A stretch of 64,000 nucleotides of DNA from an uncultured Gammaproteobacteria bacterium. GTDB lineage: Bacteria > Pseudomonadota > Gammaproteobacteria > UBA9214. Position numbers and translations under genes: made by a program. The notes beneath the pieces are model-generated. The model was given only the letters and a program-made list of their open reading frames with translations, did not search any database and was not told the origin of the DNA. Positions 1 to 13,732 of the stretch are shown here, piece after piece; position 1 is the first letter of the stretch; each line of letters starts with the position of its first letter. The stretch is taken from the NCBI GenBank assembly GCA_963748215.1, contig CAVVHS010000009.1, positions 224,001 to 288,000 of the forward strand, written 5' to 3'.

Positions 1-80
1 TGCTGAGCCTGAAAGACGCCATCGAGACCGGTAAGGGCCGGCCATTCCCTGACGATATCCCCGTCGATCACAGCGAGTAG
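1..80 (+). CDS. 3' end of a probable SRPBCC/AHSA1-domain protein (partial, cut by window edge)
   Basis: Frame from nt 3 reads LSLKDAIETGKGRPFPDDIPVDHSE, stop TAG 78-80. Resembles the LSLK..ETGKG.P.P.D C-terminus of SRPBCC proteins; only 25 codons visible. Confidence 0.45.
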   Translation, partial: LSLKDAIETGKGRPFPDDIPVDHSE

Positions 81-207
81 CCGTTGTCTTGATCACACCT
101 GTGCAGCTTCCAATCCGGCGCAATCGGGCGTGGTGCCGCTGTTCGGCATCACCGGGATAAACAGCCGACTGCGCTTTTCGATGTAGCTTGCATTGCCGGA
201 GACACCG

Positions 208-916
208 ATGATTGTGCTGGTAACCGATTTCGGTCTGGACGGGCCCTATACCGGCCAGGTGCAGGCCGTGCTGCATCAGCAGGCCCCGGGTGTTCCGGTG
301 ATCAGCCTGTTTGCCGACCTCGCGCCGTTCGATATCCAGGGTGCAGCCTACCTGCTGCCGCCCTATACACAGGGTTTCGCCCCGGGCACGGTGTTTCTGT
401 GCGTGGTCGACCCCGGCGTCGGTGGCCGGCGCCCGGGCGTGGTGGTGCGTGCCGACGGACGCTGGTTCGTCGGGCCGAACGAGGGACTGTTCGCGATCCT
501 GGCGCGGCGGGTCGGGCAAGTCGAATGCTGGCAACTGCCGGAAGCGGCACAGCCTGCGGCCAGTTTTCATGCGCGTGATGTGTTTGCGCCGGTCGCGGCG
601 CGGCTGGCGCGTGGTGGCGGCGAGGTCGGGGAGCGGGTCGCGGCGGAGACGCTGCTGATGCCGGAATGGCCGGACGACCTGTTCCGGGTGCTGTACATCG
701 ACCGTTATGGCAATGCGATTACCGGGGTGAGGGCCTCGGCCATTCCGGATGACGCGCTGCTGCGTACCGGTGATTACCTGTTGCCACGGGCGCGCACCTT
801 TTCCGACGTCGTCGTTGGCGCACCATTCTGGTACCGGAATGCCAACGGGCTGGCTGAGATTGCAGTCAACCAGGGCAGGGCGGACCGGGTGCTGGGGCTG
901 CGGGCCGGGACACCGT

Positions 917-927
<11 letters not shown>
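208..927 (+). CDS. SAM hydroxide adenosyltransferase / SAM-dependent halogenase family protein (DUF62)
   Basis: Motifs [42 protein letters not shown] 208 follows a GGAG RBS. Confidence 0.9.
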
Positions 928-3817
<2,890 letters not shown>

Positions 3818-3892
3818 GAATCGCTACGTCTGGCTGGCCAACCTGTTAATATACGGCGTTTTCGGGACGACGGCCAAAAGGATTAGCAGATT

Positions 3893-5260
3893 ATGACGCA
3901 GGTGGGGGCAGACGAAGCCGGCATGAGTCGCCTCGAGTGGCGGGCGGCGCTGTCACTGTCGAGTGTTTATGCCCTGCGCATGCTGGGATTTTTCATGATC
4001 CTGCCGGTTTTCGCGCTGTATGCCGCCGATCTCGAGGGCGTCACCCCGGCACTGACCGGCCTGGCCATCGGCATCTACGGTGTGACCCAGGCGCTGCTGC
4101 AAATCCCGGCCGGCTTGCTGTCCGACCACATCGGGCGCAAGCCGGTGATCATCGGCGGGCTGCTGGTGTTCGCCGCCGGCAGCCTGGTCGCCGCGCTGGC
4201 GGATTCCATCTATATCATCATCCTCGGGCGTGCCCTGCAGGGTGCTGGCGCGATCGCGGCGGCGATCATGGCGCTGACCGCCGACCTTACCCGCGAGGAA
4301 CACCGCATCAAGGCCATGGCGCTGATCGGGATGAGCATCGGCATCTCGTTTGCCGCCGCGCTGGTGCTCGGCCCGGTGCTGAATCACTGGATCGGCGTGC
4401 CGGGTATCTTCGCCCTCACTGCCGTGCTGGCGCTGGGCGGGGTGCTGGTGGTGGCCTTTGTCGTGCCGCGGCCGCAGTCCCTGCGCATCCACCGCGAATC
4501 GGAGGCGATCCCCGCGCAGTTCGGGCGCGTGCTGCGGCATGGCCAGCTGCTGCGGCTGGATTTCGGCATCCTGATGCTGCATGCCATCATGACCGCGACC
4601 TTCGTGGTGATGCCGCTGGTGCTGCGCGACGAGGCCGGCCTTGCGGCGTCCGGACACTGGAAGGTCTACCTGCCGGTGCTGGTCTGTTCGGTCGCGGCCA
4701 TGGTGCCGTTCATCCTCCTGGCGGAGCGCCGGGGCCGCATCAAGCCGGTATTTCTCGGCGCCATTGCCTTGCTGGTGCTGGTGGAACTGGGGCTCTTTAT
4801 CGTGCCGGTCACGCCGGTCAACATCGTGGTGCTGCTGTTCGGGTTTTTCACCGCGTTTAACCTGCTGGAGGCAATGCTGCCCTCGCTGGTGTCGCGTGCC
4901 GCGCCGGCCGACTGCCGCGGTACCGCCATGGGGTTCTATTCGAGTATGCAGTTCTTCGGCGCCTTCTTGGGCGGTGCGCTCGGGGGCTGGTTGCACGGCC
5001 AGTTCGGTCTGCACAGTCTTTTCATGTGCGCGGCGGCAGGCGCGCTGGTGTGGCTGGGGCTGGCTGCCACCATGGTGCCGCCGCTGAAGCTGGCCAACAT
5101 CATCCACCCGGTCCACGTCACGACGCCCGACGGGGAGGCGGACCTGACCCGGCAACTGGCCGGCCTGGCTGGCGTGGCCGAGGTGGTGGTGGTGGCGGAG
5201 GAGGGCGTGGCCTATCTGAAAGTGGACAAGCGGCTGTTCGACGCGTCCAGCCTGCCGTGA
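3893..5260 (+). CDS. yajR: MFS transporter, YajR-like, with C-terminal YAM domain
   Basis: About 12 hydrophobic segments, motif A-like SDHIGRKP, C-terminal [15 protein letters not shown]. Sits in the usual position between uvrA and ssb. Confidence 0.88.
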   Translation: MTQVGADEAGMSRLEWRAALSLSSVYALRMLGFFMILPVFALYAADLEGVTPALTGLAIGIYGVTQALLQIPAGLLSDHIGRKPVIIGGLLVFAAGSLVAALADSIYIIILGRALQGAGAIAAAIMALTADLTREEHRIKAMALIGMSIGISFAAALVLGPVLNHWIGVPGIFALTAVLALGGVLVVAFVVPRPQSLRIHRESEAIPAQFGRVLRHGQLLRLDFGILMLHAIMTATFVVMPLVLRDEAGLAASGHWKVYLPVLVCSVAAMVPFILLAERRGRIKPVFLGAIALLVLVELGLFIVPVTPVNIVVLLFGFFTAFNLLEAMLPSLVSRAAPADCRGTAMGFYSSMQFFGAFLGGALGGWLHGQFGLHSLFMCAAAGALVWLGLAATMVPPLKLANIIHPVHVTTPDGEADLTRQLAGLAGVAEVVVVAEEGVAYLKVDKRLFDASSLP

Positions 5261-5403
5261 GGTTGACGGCAACTGGCGGCGATTCCCTACAAGTAACCCG
5301 GTATTCCGCAAGGCGGCTTTGGCTTAGAATAGCGACATCAACCCGTATGCAGACGCCCGGCACGGGGCAATGCAACCCTAACTATAGATAACAGGAGAGC
5401 ACT

Positions 5404-5844
5404 ATGGCGCGAGGCATCAACAAGGTGATTCTGGTCGGCAACCTGGGCAAGGACCCGGAAGTGCGCTATATGCCGAACGGTAACGCGGTCGCCAATATTA
5501 CCCTCGCCACGACGGAGTCCTGGAAGGACAAGCAGACCGGCGAAGCCCAGGAAAAGACCGAATGGCATCGCATAGTACTGTTCCGGCGCCTGGGCGAGAT
5601 TGCCGGCGAATATCTCAAGAAGGGTTCGCAGGTCTACATCGAGGGCAAGCTGCAGACGCGCAAGTGGCAGGACAATGCCGGCAACGACCGCTACACCACC
5701 GAGATCGTCGCCAATGAAATGCAGATGCTGGGCGGCCGGGGCGGCGGCGGCAGCGCCGGGTTCGCTTCCAGTGACAGCAATGAATCCCGTGCCCCCGCTG
5801 TTGCGGAAGGCCCGGCCGATTTCGATGACGATATCCCGTTCTGA
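5404..5844 (+). CDS. ssb: Single-stranded DNA-binding protein
   Basis: [17 protein letters not shown] start, acidic tail [16 protein letters not shown]. Confidence 0.99.
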   Translation: MARGINKVILVGNLGKDPEVRYMPNGNAVANITLATTESWKDKQTGEAQEKTEWHRIVLFRRLGEIAGEYLKKGSQVYIEGKLQTRKWQDNAGNDRYTTEIVANEMQMLGGRGGGGSAGFASSDSNESRAPAVAEGPADFDDDIPF

Positions 5845-5870
5845 TGCCGTCCGGATTTCGGCATTTCCTC

Positions 5871-5898
5871 AAAAAGCCTGCTCAAGCAGGCTTTTTTT
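5871..5898 (+). terminator. Intrinsic terminator after ssb (possibly bidirectional)
   Basis: AAAAAGCCTGCT-CA-AGCAGGCTTTTTTT hairpin with T7 tract. Confidence 0.9.
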
Positions 5899-5943
5899 AT
5901 GCGGCGCGACTGGCTGGGCAGGCGCCGGATTCGCTGCGTATCA

Positions 5944-5990
5944 ATCCCCGATATAGCTAGAATTTTCTACACAGACCCAATATATTGGGT
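5944..5990. promoter_or_regulatory. Candidate tandem NrdR-type operator boxes
   Basis: Perfect palindrome ACCCAATATATTGGGT at 5975-5990 and a weaker box ATCCCCGATATAGCTA 31 bp upstream. TATAAT at 6003-6008. Confidence 0.45.
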
Positions 5991-6197
5991 TTCAGGCAGG
6001 CGTATAATCTCCCGCCCGAGGGCCGGTACAGGTCTGTAAGGGGTGCGAAACACCAGAAAACCGGGTCAAGCTGTCAATCTACTCAAGGTATTTTGGCCAA
6101 CCTTTTGATTTCTAATTTATATGTTTTCAGCGACGGCGGGAATTCCTTGAATTTGGCCTAAGTGACTGTCCGGCTGGATATTTTCTTCAAAATTCAC

Positions 6198-6226
6198 TTG
6201 ACGAGCCAGTCCTCGCTCCCTATAGT
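6198..6226 (+). promoter_or_regulatory. Sigma70 promoter of the dcw operon
   Basis: TTGACG (6198-6203), 17 bp spacer, TATAGT (6221-6226). Confidence 0.85.
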
Positions 6227-6234
6227 GTCGCAAA

Positions 6235-6279
6235 GTGGGGCCCAGTGGTAATTTCTGGGTTTCAGGGGAGCCAAAGGGG
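6235..6279 (+). promoter_or_regulatory. MraZ binding repeats
   Basis: GTGGG, GTGGT, CTGGG, GGGGA, AGGGG at 6235, 6245, 6255, 6265, 6275, an exact 10-bp period. Matches the known GTGGG-type MraZ operator. Confidence 0.75.
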
Positions 6280-6285
6280 GCGGTT

Positions 6286-6738
6286 TTGTTCATCGGGGGC
6301 AGCACGGTCAATCTGGATGCGAAAGGCCGCCTGGCGCTGCCTACCCGCTACCGTGGCGACCTGGCGGAGCGTTGTGGCGGCAATGTGGTGATGACCGTGC
6401 ATAGCGACCGCGCCCTGATGCTGTTTCCCCGCCCCGACTGGGACGATCTCGAGCGCAAGCTCGTGCGCCTGCCCAACCAGAACAGACTGACCCGCGAACT
6501 GCAGCTGATGTTGTTCGGCAATGCCGCCGAGCTGGAAGTGGACAAGAACGGCCGGGTGCTGATACCGCCGCACCTGCGCAAGCTGGCCGGTCTCGAAAAA
6601 CGCGTGATGTTTCTCGGCATGGGTAACAAGTTCGAGATCTGGAATGAAGAGCTCTGGGAGAAGAAGTGCGGCGACTATATGACCGGCAGCGGTGACAGTG
6701 CCGACGTGCCGGATGCCCTGCGTGAACTGACGATCTGA
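6286..6738 (+). CDS. mraZ: Division/cell wall cluster transcriptional repressor MraZ
   Basis: TTG start gives MFIGGSTVNLDAKGRLALP; second AbrB repeat VDKNGRVLIP. Confidence 0.97.
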   Translation: MFIGGSTVNLDAKGRLALPTRYRGDLAERCGGNVVMTVHSDRALMLFPRPDWDDLERKLVRLPNQNRLTRELQLMLFGNAAELEVDKNGRVLIPPHLRKLAGLEKRVMFLGMGNKFEIWNEELWEKKCGDYMTGSGDSADVPDALRELTI

Positions 6739-6744
6739 TCGTCG

Positions 6745-7680
6745 GTGGGACGTGCGTACACACATCAGCCGGTACTGCTCGAGGAAGTGCTGGACGGGCT
6801 GGCGATACGGGCGGACGGCGTGTACGTGGATGGAACGTTTGGTCGCGGCGGCCACGCAGCCGCCATACTCGAAAGGCTCGGAGCAGCGGGACGATTGCTC
6901 GCCATGGACAAGGATCCCGAGGCGGTGTTGTCGGCAGGGACGCAGTTTGGAAATGATCCTCGTTTTGAAATAGTGCAGGGTGCATTCACGATGCTGAGCG
7001 AGCTGGTAGCACAGCGACAACTGTCGGGGCGAGTCAATGGCCTGTTGCTGGATCTCGGCGTTTCCTCGCCGCAGCTCGACGATGCTGCGCGCGGTTTCAG
7101 CTTTTCGGATGATGGCCCGCTCGACATGCGCATGGATCCGGACGCGGGCATCAGTGCGGCGCAATGGCTGGCAGGGGCGGGCGAGCGCGAGATCAGTGGC
7201 GTGCTGCGCACGCTGGGCGAGGAACGTTTCGCCGGACGTATCGCACGCGCCATCGTCAACTCCCGCAAGACTGCGACATTGCAGACCACGCGCCAGCTTG
7301 CCGAGCTGATTGCCGTGACGGTTCCGTCGCGTGAACAGCACAAGCATCCCGCCACGCGCAGCTTTCTGGCGATCCGCATTTTCATCAATCACGAGCTCGA
7401 TGATTTGCGCGTCGTGCTGGAGCAGGTGCCGGAGGTGCTGGCTCCGGGCGGGCGCCTGGCCGTGATCGGTTTTCACTCGCTGGAGGACCGCATCGTCAAG
7501 CGCTTTATTCGCGACGAGTATCGCGGCGAACCGCCGCCGCGCGAGTTTCCGCTGGCCGGAATGGACCATGTGCCGCGCATGAAGCCGGTCGGCAAGGCGA
7601 TACGCGCAGGTGAGGATGAGTTGCGCCGCAACCCGCGTGCCCGCAGTGCGGTGCTGAGAGTCGCGGAGCGCGTGCAATGA
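6745..7680 (+). CDS. rsmH: 16S rRNA m4C1402 methyltransferase
   Basis: HQPVLLEE, DGTFGRGGH, DLGVSSPQLD, HSLEDRIVK, NPRARSA. Confidence 0.98.
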   Translation: MGRAYTHQPVLLEEVLDGLAIRADGVYVDGTFGRGGHAAAILERLGAAGRLLAMDKDPEAVLSAGTQFGNDPRFEIVQGAFTMLSELVAQRQLSGRVNGLLLDLGVSSPQLDDAARGFSFSDDGPLDMRMDPDAGISAAQWLAGAGEREISGVLRTLGEERFAGRIARAIVNSRKTATLQTTRQLAELIAVTVPSREQHKHPATRSFLAIRIFINHELDDLRVVLEQVPEVLAPGGRLAVIGFHSLEDRIVKRFIRDEYRGEPPPREFPLAGMDHVPRMKPVGKAIRAGEDELRRNPRARSAVLRVAERVQ

Positions 7681-7946
7681 ACCAGCGGCCGGGCGGCATG
7701 CTGATCCTGTTGCTGCTGGTGATCGTGTCGGCGGTCGCCGTGGTGTATTCCAAGCACCAGGGGCGCAAGCTGTTCGTCGAGTTGCAGGCACTGGGCAAGG
7801 AACGTGACTCCATGGATATCGAGTGGGGTCAGCTGCAGCTCGAGCAGGGCACGCTGACCACCCAGGGCAAGATCGAGAAGATCGCGCGCGAGCGGCTTGG
7901 TATGGCCGGTCTCGGCGCAGACGCAATGGTGATCGTGAAACCATGA
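7677..7946 (+). CDS. ftsL: Cell division protein FtsL
   Basis: One TM segment, coiled coil, EWGQLQLEQ motif; ATGA overlaps with both neighbours. Confidence 0.95.
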   Translation: MNQRPGGMLILLLLVIVSAVAVVYSKHQGRKLFVELQALGKERDSMDIEWGQLQLEQGTLTTQGKIEKIARERLGMAGLGADAMVIVKP

Positions 7947-9655
7947 ACCGTATACGCGCGAATACAGTCTATCCAGGGCGGCGTGTCTTCCTGTTGCTGT
8001 GCATGGGGCTGGCCGCCGCCGTGCTGGTCTGGCGTGCCGTCTGCCTGCAGGTGCTGGACAAGGAATTCCTGCTGAACCAGGGCCAGGCGCGGCACCTGCG
8101 CGTGGTGTCCCTGCCGGCGCATCGCGGCATCATCCAGGACCGCAATGGCGAACCGCTGGCGATCAGCACGCCGGTGGAGTCGGTGTGGGTGAATCCGCAG
8201 GAGCTGGGCAACGAGCAGCAGCGCATTCCCGAGCTGGCCCGCCTGCTGGCGCTGGACAAGTCCAGTGTGCAGAGTCTGCTGGCCAGTCGCTCCGACCGCG
8301 AATTCATCTACCTGCGCCGGCACATCGATCCGGCCACAGCGGCACAGGTCGAGGCGCTGGACATACCCGGTGTTTACCTGCAACGCGAATACCGCCGCTA
8401 TTATCCGGACGGCGAGGTCGCCGCACATGTGGTCGGATTCACCAACGTCGACGACGTCGGCCAGGAAGGGCTGGAGCTGGCCTACGAAGACTGGCTGGCG
8501 GGCGAGCCCGGTGCCAAGCGTGTCATCAAGGATGGCAAGAGTCACATCGTCGAGGACGTCGAGAGCATCAGCCTGCCGAACCCGGGCAAGGACCTGCAAC
8601 TCAGCATCGACCGCCGTATCCAGTACCTCGCCTATCGCGAACTGCTGACGGTGATGCAGGAACACAAGGCGCATGCCGCTTCCGCCGTGGTGCTGGATGT
8701 GAAGAGCGGCGAGGTGCTGGCGATGGTCAACCAGCCGTCCTTCAATCCTAACAACCGCCAGAACCTGCGCAGCAGCGACATGCGTAACCGCGCGGTAACG
8801 GACGTGTTCGAGCCGGGCTCCACCATGAAGCCGTTTGTGGTCGCGACCGCGCTGGCCAGCGAGCGCTACACGCCGCACACACCGGTCAGCACCTCGCCGG
8901 GCTGGATGCGCGTGGGCGTGAACACAGTGCGCGATGTGCACGATTACGGTGACCTCGATGTGACCGGCGTCATCCGCAAGTCCAGCAACGTGGGTATCGC
9001 CAAGATTGCACTGTCGCTGGCCGCCGAGGACATCTGGACGGAGTTGTCGGACATCGGTTTCGGCGTGCAGACCTTCAGCGGTTTTCCAGGCGAGGCCTCC
9101 GGCCTGCTGCCGCATTTCTCGGGCTGGAACGCCATCGAGACCGCCACGCTGTCATTCGGATACGGCGTGTCCGTGACCCCGTTGCAGCTGGCGCAGGCCT
9201 ATGCCGTGCTGGCCAGTGATGGCATCCGGCGCTCCATCACCTTCCTGCACGATGTACGTGTCGCGGAGGAGCGTCGCATCATGCCGGCCACGATTGCGCG
9301 CGAGGTGCGCGCCATGCTGGAACAAGCCGTCGGTCCCGAGGGCACCGCACCGGAGGCGCGTGTGCCAGGCTATCGCGTCGCCGGCAAGACCGGCACGGTG
9401 CGCAAGTCGGAGCCCGGCGGTTACTCGGACAGCAAGTATCTGTCGGTCTTCGCCGGCATGGCGCCCGCCAGTGACCCGCGCCTGGTGATGGTGGTGATGG
9501 TCGACGAGCCGGGCGCCGGCAAGTACTACGGTGGCCAGGTGGCCGCACCGGCATTCTCGCGCGTGATGGCCGGCGCGTTGCGCCTGCTGGCCGTGCCGCC
9601 GGACGATGTGCCGTTGCTGCAGACCCGCCGCAAGGACGCGGAGGAGCCTGCATGA
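7943..9655 (+). CDS. ftsI: Peptidoglycan D,D-transpeptidase FtsI (PBP3)
   Basis: RGIIQDRNG, EPGSTMK, KSSNVG, GKTGT. ATG 7943 overlaps the ftsL stop. Confidence 0.98.
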   Translation: MNRIRANTVYPGRRVFLLLCMGLAAAVLVWRAVCLQVLDKEFLLNQGQARHLRVVSLPAHRGIIQDRNGEPLAISTPVESVWVNPQELGNEQQRIPELARLLALDKSSVQSLLASRSDREFIYLRRHIDPATAAQVEALDIPGVYLQREYRRYYPDGEVAAHVVGFTNVDDVGQEGLELAYEDWLAGEPGAKRVIKDGKSHIVEDVESISLPNPGKDLQLSIDRRIQYLAYRELLTVMQEHKAHAASAVVLDVKSGEVLAMVNQPSFNPNNRQNLRSSDMRNRAVTDVFEPGSTMKPFVVATALASERYTPHTPVSTSPGWMRVGVNTVRDVHDYGDLDVTGVIRKSSNVGIAKIALSLAAEDIWTELSDIGFGVQTFSGFPGEASGLLPHFSGWNAIETATLSFGYGVSVTPLQLAQAYAVLASDGIRRSITFLHDVRVAEERRIMPATIAREVRAMLEQAVGPEGTAPEARVPGYRVAGKTGTVRKSEPGGYSDSKYLSVFAGMAPASDPRLVMVVMVDEPGAGKYYGGQVAAPAFSRVMAGALRLLAVPPDDVPLLQTRRKDAEEPA

Positions 9656-11187
9656 TGGCGGCAGAAAAAATCCAGCTGGAGCACACGCTCGCCGGGCTGT
9701 TACAGGACTTCTGCGGCCCGGCGGTACGCCGAGACATCAGGGTCACCGGGCTGGCGATCGACAGTCGCAAGGTGCAGTCCGGCGACCTGTTCCTCGCCGT
9801 CGCGGGTACGCAGACGCACGGCCTGCAGCACGCGCGCCAGGCCGTTGCGCTGGGTGCCGTCGCGGTGGCGTGGGAGCCGGTGGAAGGCAATGCCGGGCTG
9901 GCCGAGATGGCGGCGCTGCTGCCGGCGCCGGTGGTGGCAATACCGAAGCTCGGCCAGGTGATCGGCCTGATCGCCGACCGCTTCTACGGCCACCCTTCGC
10001 GCGGCATGTTCATGATCGGCGTGACCGGTACCGACGGCAAGACATCCTGCAGTCATTTCATCGCACAGGCACTGAACAGCGCGGACCGCCGCTGCGGCCT
10101 GATCGGTACGCTGGGCTACGGGTTGTACGGCGAGCTCGCAACGGCGACACATACCACGCCGGATGCGCTCACCATGCAGCAGTTACTGCTTGCCATACAG
10201 CAACGCGGCGCACGCTGTGTCGTTTCCGAGGTTTCCTCACACGCCATGGACCAGGGACGGGTCCGTGGCGTGTATTTTGATCTGGCCGTGCTGACCAACC
10301 TGTCGCGCGACCATCTCGATTACCACGGCAATGTCGAGGCCTATGCCGAGGCCAAGCGCAAACTGTTCCACGCGGACGGCCTGCGCTATGCCGTGATCAA
10401 TGCCGACGACGGTTTCGGCAGCGCCCTGCTCGACGACATCCCGCCGGGCGTCGCACCGGTTGCCTACCGTCTGGAGAATGAACCGTTCCGTACGCGCTTT
10501 CCGGCGCAATGGGTGATCGGCCGCAACCTGCAAACCGACATGCACGGCATGCAGCTGGACGTGGTCACCCCGTGGGGCAGTGGCACGCTGCGCTGCAAGC
10601 TGCTGGGGCGTTTCAATGCCAGCAACCTGCTGGCCGCGCTGGCCAGCCTGTGCGTGTCGGGCCTGCCGTTCGACGAGGCGCTGCGGCGCCTGGCCCAGAC
10701 GCGCACCGTGCCCGGGCGCATGGAGTCGTTCACTGCCGGCAGCGGTCATCCGCTGGTGGTGGTCGACTACGCGCACACCCCGGCCGCGCTGAAGGCCGTA
10801 CTCAAGTCCCTGCGCGAGCATTGCAACGGCAAACTGTGGTGCGTGTTCGGTGCCGGCGGCGACCGCGACCGCGGCAAGCGGCCGGAGATGGGTGCCGCCG
10901 CGGAGTGCCACGCCGATCATCTCGTACTGACCGATGACAACCCGCGCACCGAGGACCCCCGGCAGATCGCCAGCGATATCTGTGCCGGTATCAAGCAGCC
11001 GCGCAAGGTGCACGTCGAGCACGATCGCGCACAGGCCATCGGCTGGGCGATGCGTGCGGCCGGTCCGGACGACATCGTGCTGATCGCCGGCAAGGGCCAC
11101 GAAACCGTGCAACAGGTGGGCCACCGGATGCTGCCGTTCAGTGACCGCGAGCGCGTGCAGGCCATGGCGCGGGAATGGGCGCAATGA
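9652..11187 (+). CDS. murE: UDP-MurNAc-tripeptide synthetase MurE (meso-DAP type)
   Basis: GVTGTDGKT, EVSSH, DYAHTP, DDNPR, AGKGHE. Confidence 0.98.
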   Translation: MMAAEKIQLEHTLAGLLQDFCGPAVRRDIRVTGLAIDSRKVQSGDLFLAVAGTQTHGLQHARQAVALGAVAVAWEPVEGNAGLAEMAALLPAPVVAIPKLGQVIGLIADRFYGHPSRGMFMIGVTGTDGKTSCSHFIAQALNSADRRCGLIGTLGYGLYGELATATHTTPDALTMQQLLLAIQQRGARCVVSEVSSHAMDQGRVRGVYFDLAVLTNLSRDHLDYHGNVEAYAEAKRKLFHADGLRYAVINADDGFGSALLDDIPPGVAPVAYRLENEPFRTRFPAQWVIGRNLQTDMHGMQLDVVTPWGSGTLRCKLLGRFNASNLLAALASLCVSGLPFDEALRRLAQTRTVPGRMESFTAGSGHPLVVVDYAHTPAALKAVLKSLREHCNGKLWCVFGAGGDRDRGKRPEMGAAAECHADHLVLTDDNPRTEDPRQIASDICAGIKQPRKVHVEHDRAQAIGWAMRAAGPDDIVLIAGKGHETVQQVGHRMLPFSDRERVQAMAREWAQ

Positions 11188-12560
11188 TGGCGATGCAACT
11201 CTCGGAAGCCGCACAGGTACTGTCTGCCGGGCTGACCGGCGCCGACGTGGCGTTTCGCGGCGTGAGCACCGACAGCCGCCGGCCCATGCCGGGGGCGCTG
11301 TTCTTCGCCCTGCAGGGCCCGAACTTCGATGGCCATGCCTACGTCGAGACCGCGCGCGCGCAGGGTGCGGCCGCGGCGGCGGTCAGCAAACCCTGCGCGT
11401 CACTGCTGCCGCAGATCACCGTCAGCGACACCCGCCTCGCGCTCGGCCAGCTTTCGGCGCACTGGCGCAGCCGCTTCGACATCCCGGTCATCGCCATCAC
11501 TGGCAGCAACGGCAAGACCACGGTACGCGCCATGACGGCTGCGATCCTGGCGCGCAGCGGGCGTGCGCTGTCGACCGAGGGCAACCTGAACAACGACATC
11601 GGCCTGCCGCTGACTCTCGCGCGGCTCGATGCGGCGGACGATTACGCGGTCATCGAAATGGGCGCCAACCATTCCGGCGAGATCGGCTACCTGACCGGCA
11701 TCGCGCGCCCCACTATCGGCGTGGTGACCAATGCCGGGCCGGCGCATCTCGAGGGTTTCGGCGACCTGCCCGGGGTGGCGCGCGCCAAGGGCGAACTGTT
11801 CGCCGGACTGGCTGCTGGCAGTGTCGCGGTGATCAACGCCGATGACGACTTTGCGCCGCTGTGGCGGGAACTGGCCGCGCACTGCCGCATTGTCGGGTTT
11901 GGCCTGCGTGCCGAATGCGATGTCACCGCACGCTGGGATGGCGATGCCGCTGGCAGCGCTATCGAACTGGTCACGCCGCAGGGCAACGTCGCACTGCACC
12001 TGCCGCTGCCGGGACGCCACAACGTGATGAATGCGCTGGCAGCGGCGGCCGTGGCACAGCAGGCAGGCGCCGGGCTGGACGACATCCGGCAGGGGCTGGA
12101 AGGGCTGGCGCCGGTTGCCGGTCGCTTCAATGTGCATCATCTGCCGGGTGATATCACGCTGATCGACGATACCTACAACGCGAATCCCGGTTCGCTGCAG
12201 GTCGCCATGGACGTGCTGGTGCAGGCCGACGGCGACACCTGGCTGGTGCTGGGCGATATGGGTGAACTCGGCGCCGGGGCCGCCGACCTGCACCGGCGCG
12301 CCGGCGAGCAGGCGCGTGCCGCCGGCGTCACGCGCGTGTATGGGCTGGGCGAACTGGCGCGCGCCACGGTCGAGGGTTTCGCCGGTCCCGGTGCGGCATT
12401 CGATTCGCTCGAGCAGCTGCTGGATGTTTTGCGCGAGGAGCTGCGCGGCCCGTTGCATATCCTGGTGAAAGGTTCGCGGCGCATGCGCATGGAGCGGGTG
12501 GTCGACGCACTGCTTGCCACACTGCAACCCGATGCACCGTCATCACGGGAGAACCACTGA
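11184..12560 (+). CDS. murF: UDP-MurNAc-pentapeptide synthetase MurF
   Basis: [33 protein letters not shown]. Confidence 0.98.
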   Translation: MMAMQLSEAAQVLSAGLTGADVAFRGVSTDSRRPMPGALFFALQGPNFDGHAYVETARAQGAAAAAVSKPCASLLPQITVSDTRLALGQLSAHWRSRFDIPVIAITGSNGKTTVRAMTAAILARSGRALSTEGNLNNDIGLPLTLARLDAADDYAVIEMGANHSGEIGYLTGIARPTIGVVTNAGPAHLEGFGDLPGVARAKGELFAGLAAGSVAVINADDDFAPLWRELAAHCRIVGFGLRAECDVTARWDGDAAGSAIELVTPQGNVALHLPLPGRHNVMNALAAAAVAQQAGAGLDDIRQGLEGLAPVAGRFNVHHLPGDITLIDDTYNANPGSLQVAMDVLVQADGDTWLVLGDMGELGAGAADLHRRAGEQARAAGVTRVYGLGELARATVEGFAGPGAAFDSLEQLLDVLREELRGPLHILVKGSRRMRMERVVDALLATLQPDAPSSRENH

Positions 12561-13642
12561 TGCTCCTTTCCCTGGCCGAGTACCTGAGTCAGTATCACAG
12601 CGGATTCAATGTATTCCAGTACCTGACCCTGCGCGCCATCCTTGGCGTGCTGACTGCGCTGGTGATTTCCTTCCTGATCGGTCCGGAGATGATCCGCCGG
12701 CTGGGCCGTTACCAGATCGGCCAGCCGGTGCGCGATGACGGACCGCAGACACACCTGGTCAAGGCCGGTACGCCGACCATGGGCGGCGCGCTGATCCTGG
12801 TCGCGGTGGCGATCGCCACCCTGCTGTGGGCGGACCTGACGAACCGCTACGTGTGGGTGGTGCTGCTGGTGACGCTGTCGTTTGGTGCCATCGGCTGGGT
12901 CGATGACTACCGCAAGCTGGTGCTGAAGAATTCGGCCGGCATCTCGGCGGGCACCAAGCTGGCCTGGCAGAGCCTCATCGCGCTGGCCGTCGCGGTGTTT
13001 CTCTACATGAGTGCCGCGTCGCCGGCGGAGACATCGCTGATCGTGCCCTTCTTCAAGGATATCGCGATCAACCTCGGCTGGTTCTACATCGTGCTGGCCT
13101 GGTTCGTCATCGTCGGCTCCAGCAACGCGGTCAACCTGACCGATGGCCTCGACGGGCTGGCCATCCTGCCGACCGTGCTGATCGCCGGTGCGCTGGCCGT
13201 GTTCGCCTACGCTACCGGCAACGTCAAGTTCGCCGTCTACCTCGGCATCCCCTACGTGCGCGATGCCGCCGAGATCGTCATCTTCTGCGGCGCGCTGGTC
13301 GGTGCCGGGCTCGGCTTTCTCTGGTTCAATGCCTATCCCGCCATGGTGTTCATGGGTGACGTGGGTGCGCTGGCGCTCGGCGCGGCGCTCGGCATCGTCG
13401 CCGTACTGGTGCGCCAGGAACTGGTGTTCATGGTCATGGCCGGTGTGTTCGTCATGGAAACGGTCTCGGTCATCCTGCAGGTCGGCTCGTACAAGCTGAC
13501 CGGGCGGCGCATTTTTCATATGGCGCCGCTGCATCACCATTTTGAATTGAAAGGCTGGCCCGAACCGCGTGTGATCGTGCGGTTCTGGATCGTGACCGTG
13601 ATCCTGGTGCTGGTCGGGCTGGCTACCCTGAAGATTCGCTGA
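12560..13642 (+). CDS. mraY: Phospho-N-acetylmuramoyl-pentapeptide transferase
   Basis: [34 protein letters not shown]; 360 aa. Confidence 0.99.
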   Translation: MLLSLAEYLSQYHSGFNVFQYLTLRAILGVLTALVISFLIGPEMIRRLGRYQIGQPVRDDGPQTHLVKAGTPTMGGALILVAVAIATLLWADLTNRYVWVVLLVTLSFGAIGWVDDYRKLVLKNSAGISAGTKLAWQSLIALAVAVFLYMSAASPAETSLIVPFFKDIAINLGWFYIVLAWFVIVGSSNAVNLTDGLDGLAILPTVLIAGALAVFAYATGNVKFAVYLGIPYVRDAAEIVIFCGALVGAGLGFLWFNAYPAMVFMGDVGALALGAALGIVAVLVRQELVFMVMAGVFVMETVSVILQVGSYKLTGRRIFHMAPLHHHFELKGWPEPRVIVRFWIVTVILVLVGLATLKIR

Positions 13643-13732
13643 GGCGTAGCCCGGCAGGGCAGGGGTGCAGCAGGTGCGTAACAGGTATTGGTTGGCAATG
13701 AGTCGGATTTGATGGCGGTTTCGGAAACAGTT

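Noticed and set aside
3818-3892. LexA (SOS) box upstream of uvrA
   Set aside because: The best candidate, CTGTTAATATACGG, has the wrong spacing for CTGT-N8-ACAG.
6013-6070. Small stem-loop after TATAAT as a possible sRNA or rnpB
   Set aside because: Stems are only 4-5 bp, there is no terminator and no RNase P conserved motifs are present.
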